Part shown: piece after piece, positions 62,790 through 64,000 of the stretch
Layout: each line of letters opens with the position of its first letter
How positions within the stretch are numbered: position 1 is the stretch's first letter
Assembly (NCBI RefSeq): GCF_963921235.1
Contig: NC_086097.1
Location: forward strand, 232,316,001 to 232,380,000
Source: Mobula hypostoma
Taxonomy: Eukaryota
DNA length: 64,000 nt
Direction of reading: 5' to 3'
The notes under the pieces: generated by a model
The model's input: only the letters and a program-made list of their open reading frames with translations
Told to the model about the DNA's origin: nothing
Databases searched by the model: none
Position numbers and translations under genes: made by a program

Positions 62790-64000
62790 TTAGGGTTGAT
62801 GAACCACTTCAGCGCTCTCTCTAAAGCCTTGACATTCTTCCTGTAGTGGGACAACCAGAACCGAATGCAATACTCCAGATGCAGAACAACTAGAGTTATA
62901 AAGCATCAACATAGCTTCCCAATGCTTGAACTCAATTTCTTGACTAATAAAGGTAAGAATGCCATAAACCACCTTTACCACACTATCAACCTGTGTAGAT
63001 ACTTTCAAGGAACTATGAACCTGGACCTCAGGATCTCTCTGTACATCAGCACTGTTAAGGGTCTTTTTACATTTGATCTTCAAATGTGCAGCACTTAACA
63101 TTTGGCTGGGTTAAAATCCATCTGCCATTTCTCTGCTCATATCTGCAACTGATCTATATCCTTTGCCAGTTTTCTATGCTATCCATTGCCCCACCAATCT
63201 TCATATCTTCTCAAAACTTACTAAATACCACACCCCCCATTCAGTCTACATTTTCGTCCATGTCATTTATATATACAGTATCATGAACAGCGGATGTCCC
63301 GATGCGGATCCATAAGATGCAGGATCAAAATTAGGCCATTTGGCCGATTGAGTATGCTCCACACTTTTACCATCGCTGATTTATTATCCCCTTCAACCCC
63401 ATTCTCCTCCCTTTTTCCCATAACTTTTGACAACCTTACTAATCAAGAATCAATTAACCTCCACTTTAAATATACCAAATGACTTGGCCTCTACAACCAT
63501 CTGTGGCAATGAATTCCAAAGATTCACCACACCCACACTAAATAAATTCCTCTTAGTCTCCGGTCTAAAGGGACATCCTTGTATTCTGAGGCTATGCCCG
63601 TGGGTCTGAGACTCTCCCACTATAGGGAATGTCTTCTTCATGTCCACTCTTCCCAGGCTTTTCAATATTCTGTAGGTTTCAATGTGATTTCCCCCACTTA
63701 TTCTTCTAAACTCCAGCAAGTATAAGCCTAGAGCCATGAAATGCTCCTCATACTTTAACCCTTTCATTCCTGAGATCATTCTTGTAACTGTTCTCTGGAC
63801 CCTCTCCAATGCCAGCATATCCTTTCTTAGATAAGAGGCCCAAAACTGCTCCAATTGCAATCTGACCAAAACCTTATAAAGTCTCAGCATTATGTGCTTG
63901 CTTTTATATTCTCGTCCTCTTGAAATGAATGTCAACTTTGCATTGCCTTTCTTACTACCAACTCAACCTGCAAGTTAACCTTTAGGGACTTCCAACCAGA
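62790..64000 (-). mobile_element. Two CR1 fragments (62790-63290, 63320-64000)
   Basis: ORF 63450..63935(-) has ISRGREYKSK..LYKVLVR..ALERVQR..VVNLWNSLPQ; ORF 62790..63101(-) has VQVHSSLKVSTQVD. Confidence 0.85.

Noticed and set aside
1..64000. CRISPR arrays, operons, prokaryotic defence systems
   Set aside because: No regularly spaced repeat-spacer array or gene-dense organisation; the content is vertebrate TE-derived.

Overview
Eukaryotic (vertebrate) genomic DNA, not prokaryotic. The repeat mix (CR1, Rex1/Babar, Penelope/Neptune, V-SINE/HE1-like, DeuSINE-like) points by inference to a cartilaginous fish, probably a ray. The window is mostly a nested mosaic of transposable elements: many CR1 and Rex1/Babar LINE fragments, a young I/Nimb-group LINE with RNase H, a Hero (RLE) LINE 3' end, a 5'-inverted RTE LINE carrying three later insertions, Penelope-like elements (PLEs) with about a dozen short derivatives bearing a minimal hammerhead ribozyme motif, two hAT elements, two Tigger elements, a PIF/Harbinger MITE, two solo LTRs and several SINEs. 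The only host-gene signal is a CpG-rich promoter with a probable non-coding first exon on the + strand at ~17.7-17.9 kb. I could not identify any host coding exon downstream, so 17.9-64 kb is probably mostly intron. Best leads: (i) tiny TSD-flanked hammerhead-carrying PLE modules whose 5' ends cluster at the ribozyme, (ii) a potential multi-pseudoknot RNA in the Hero 3' UTR, (iii) an hAT zinc-finger segment with splice sites, sense to the host promoter, (iv) a twin-primed RTE, and (v) a 106-bp-arm palindrome inside the Tigger elements. Boundaries of degenerate repeats are approximate. TSD and TIR coordinates were read directly from the sequence.
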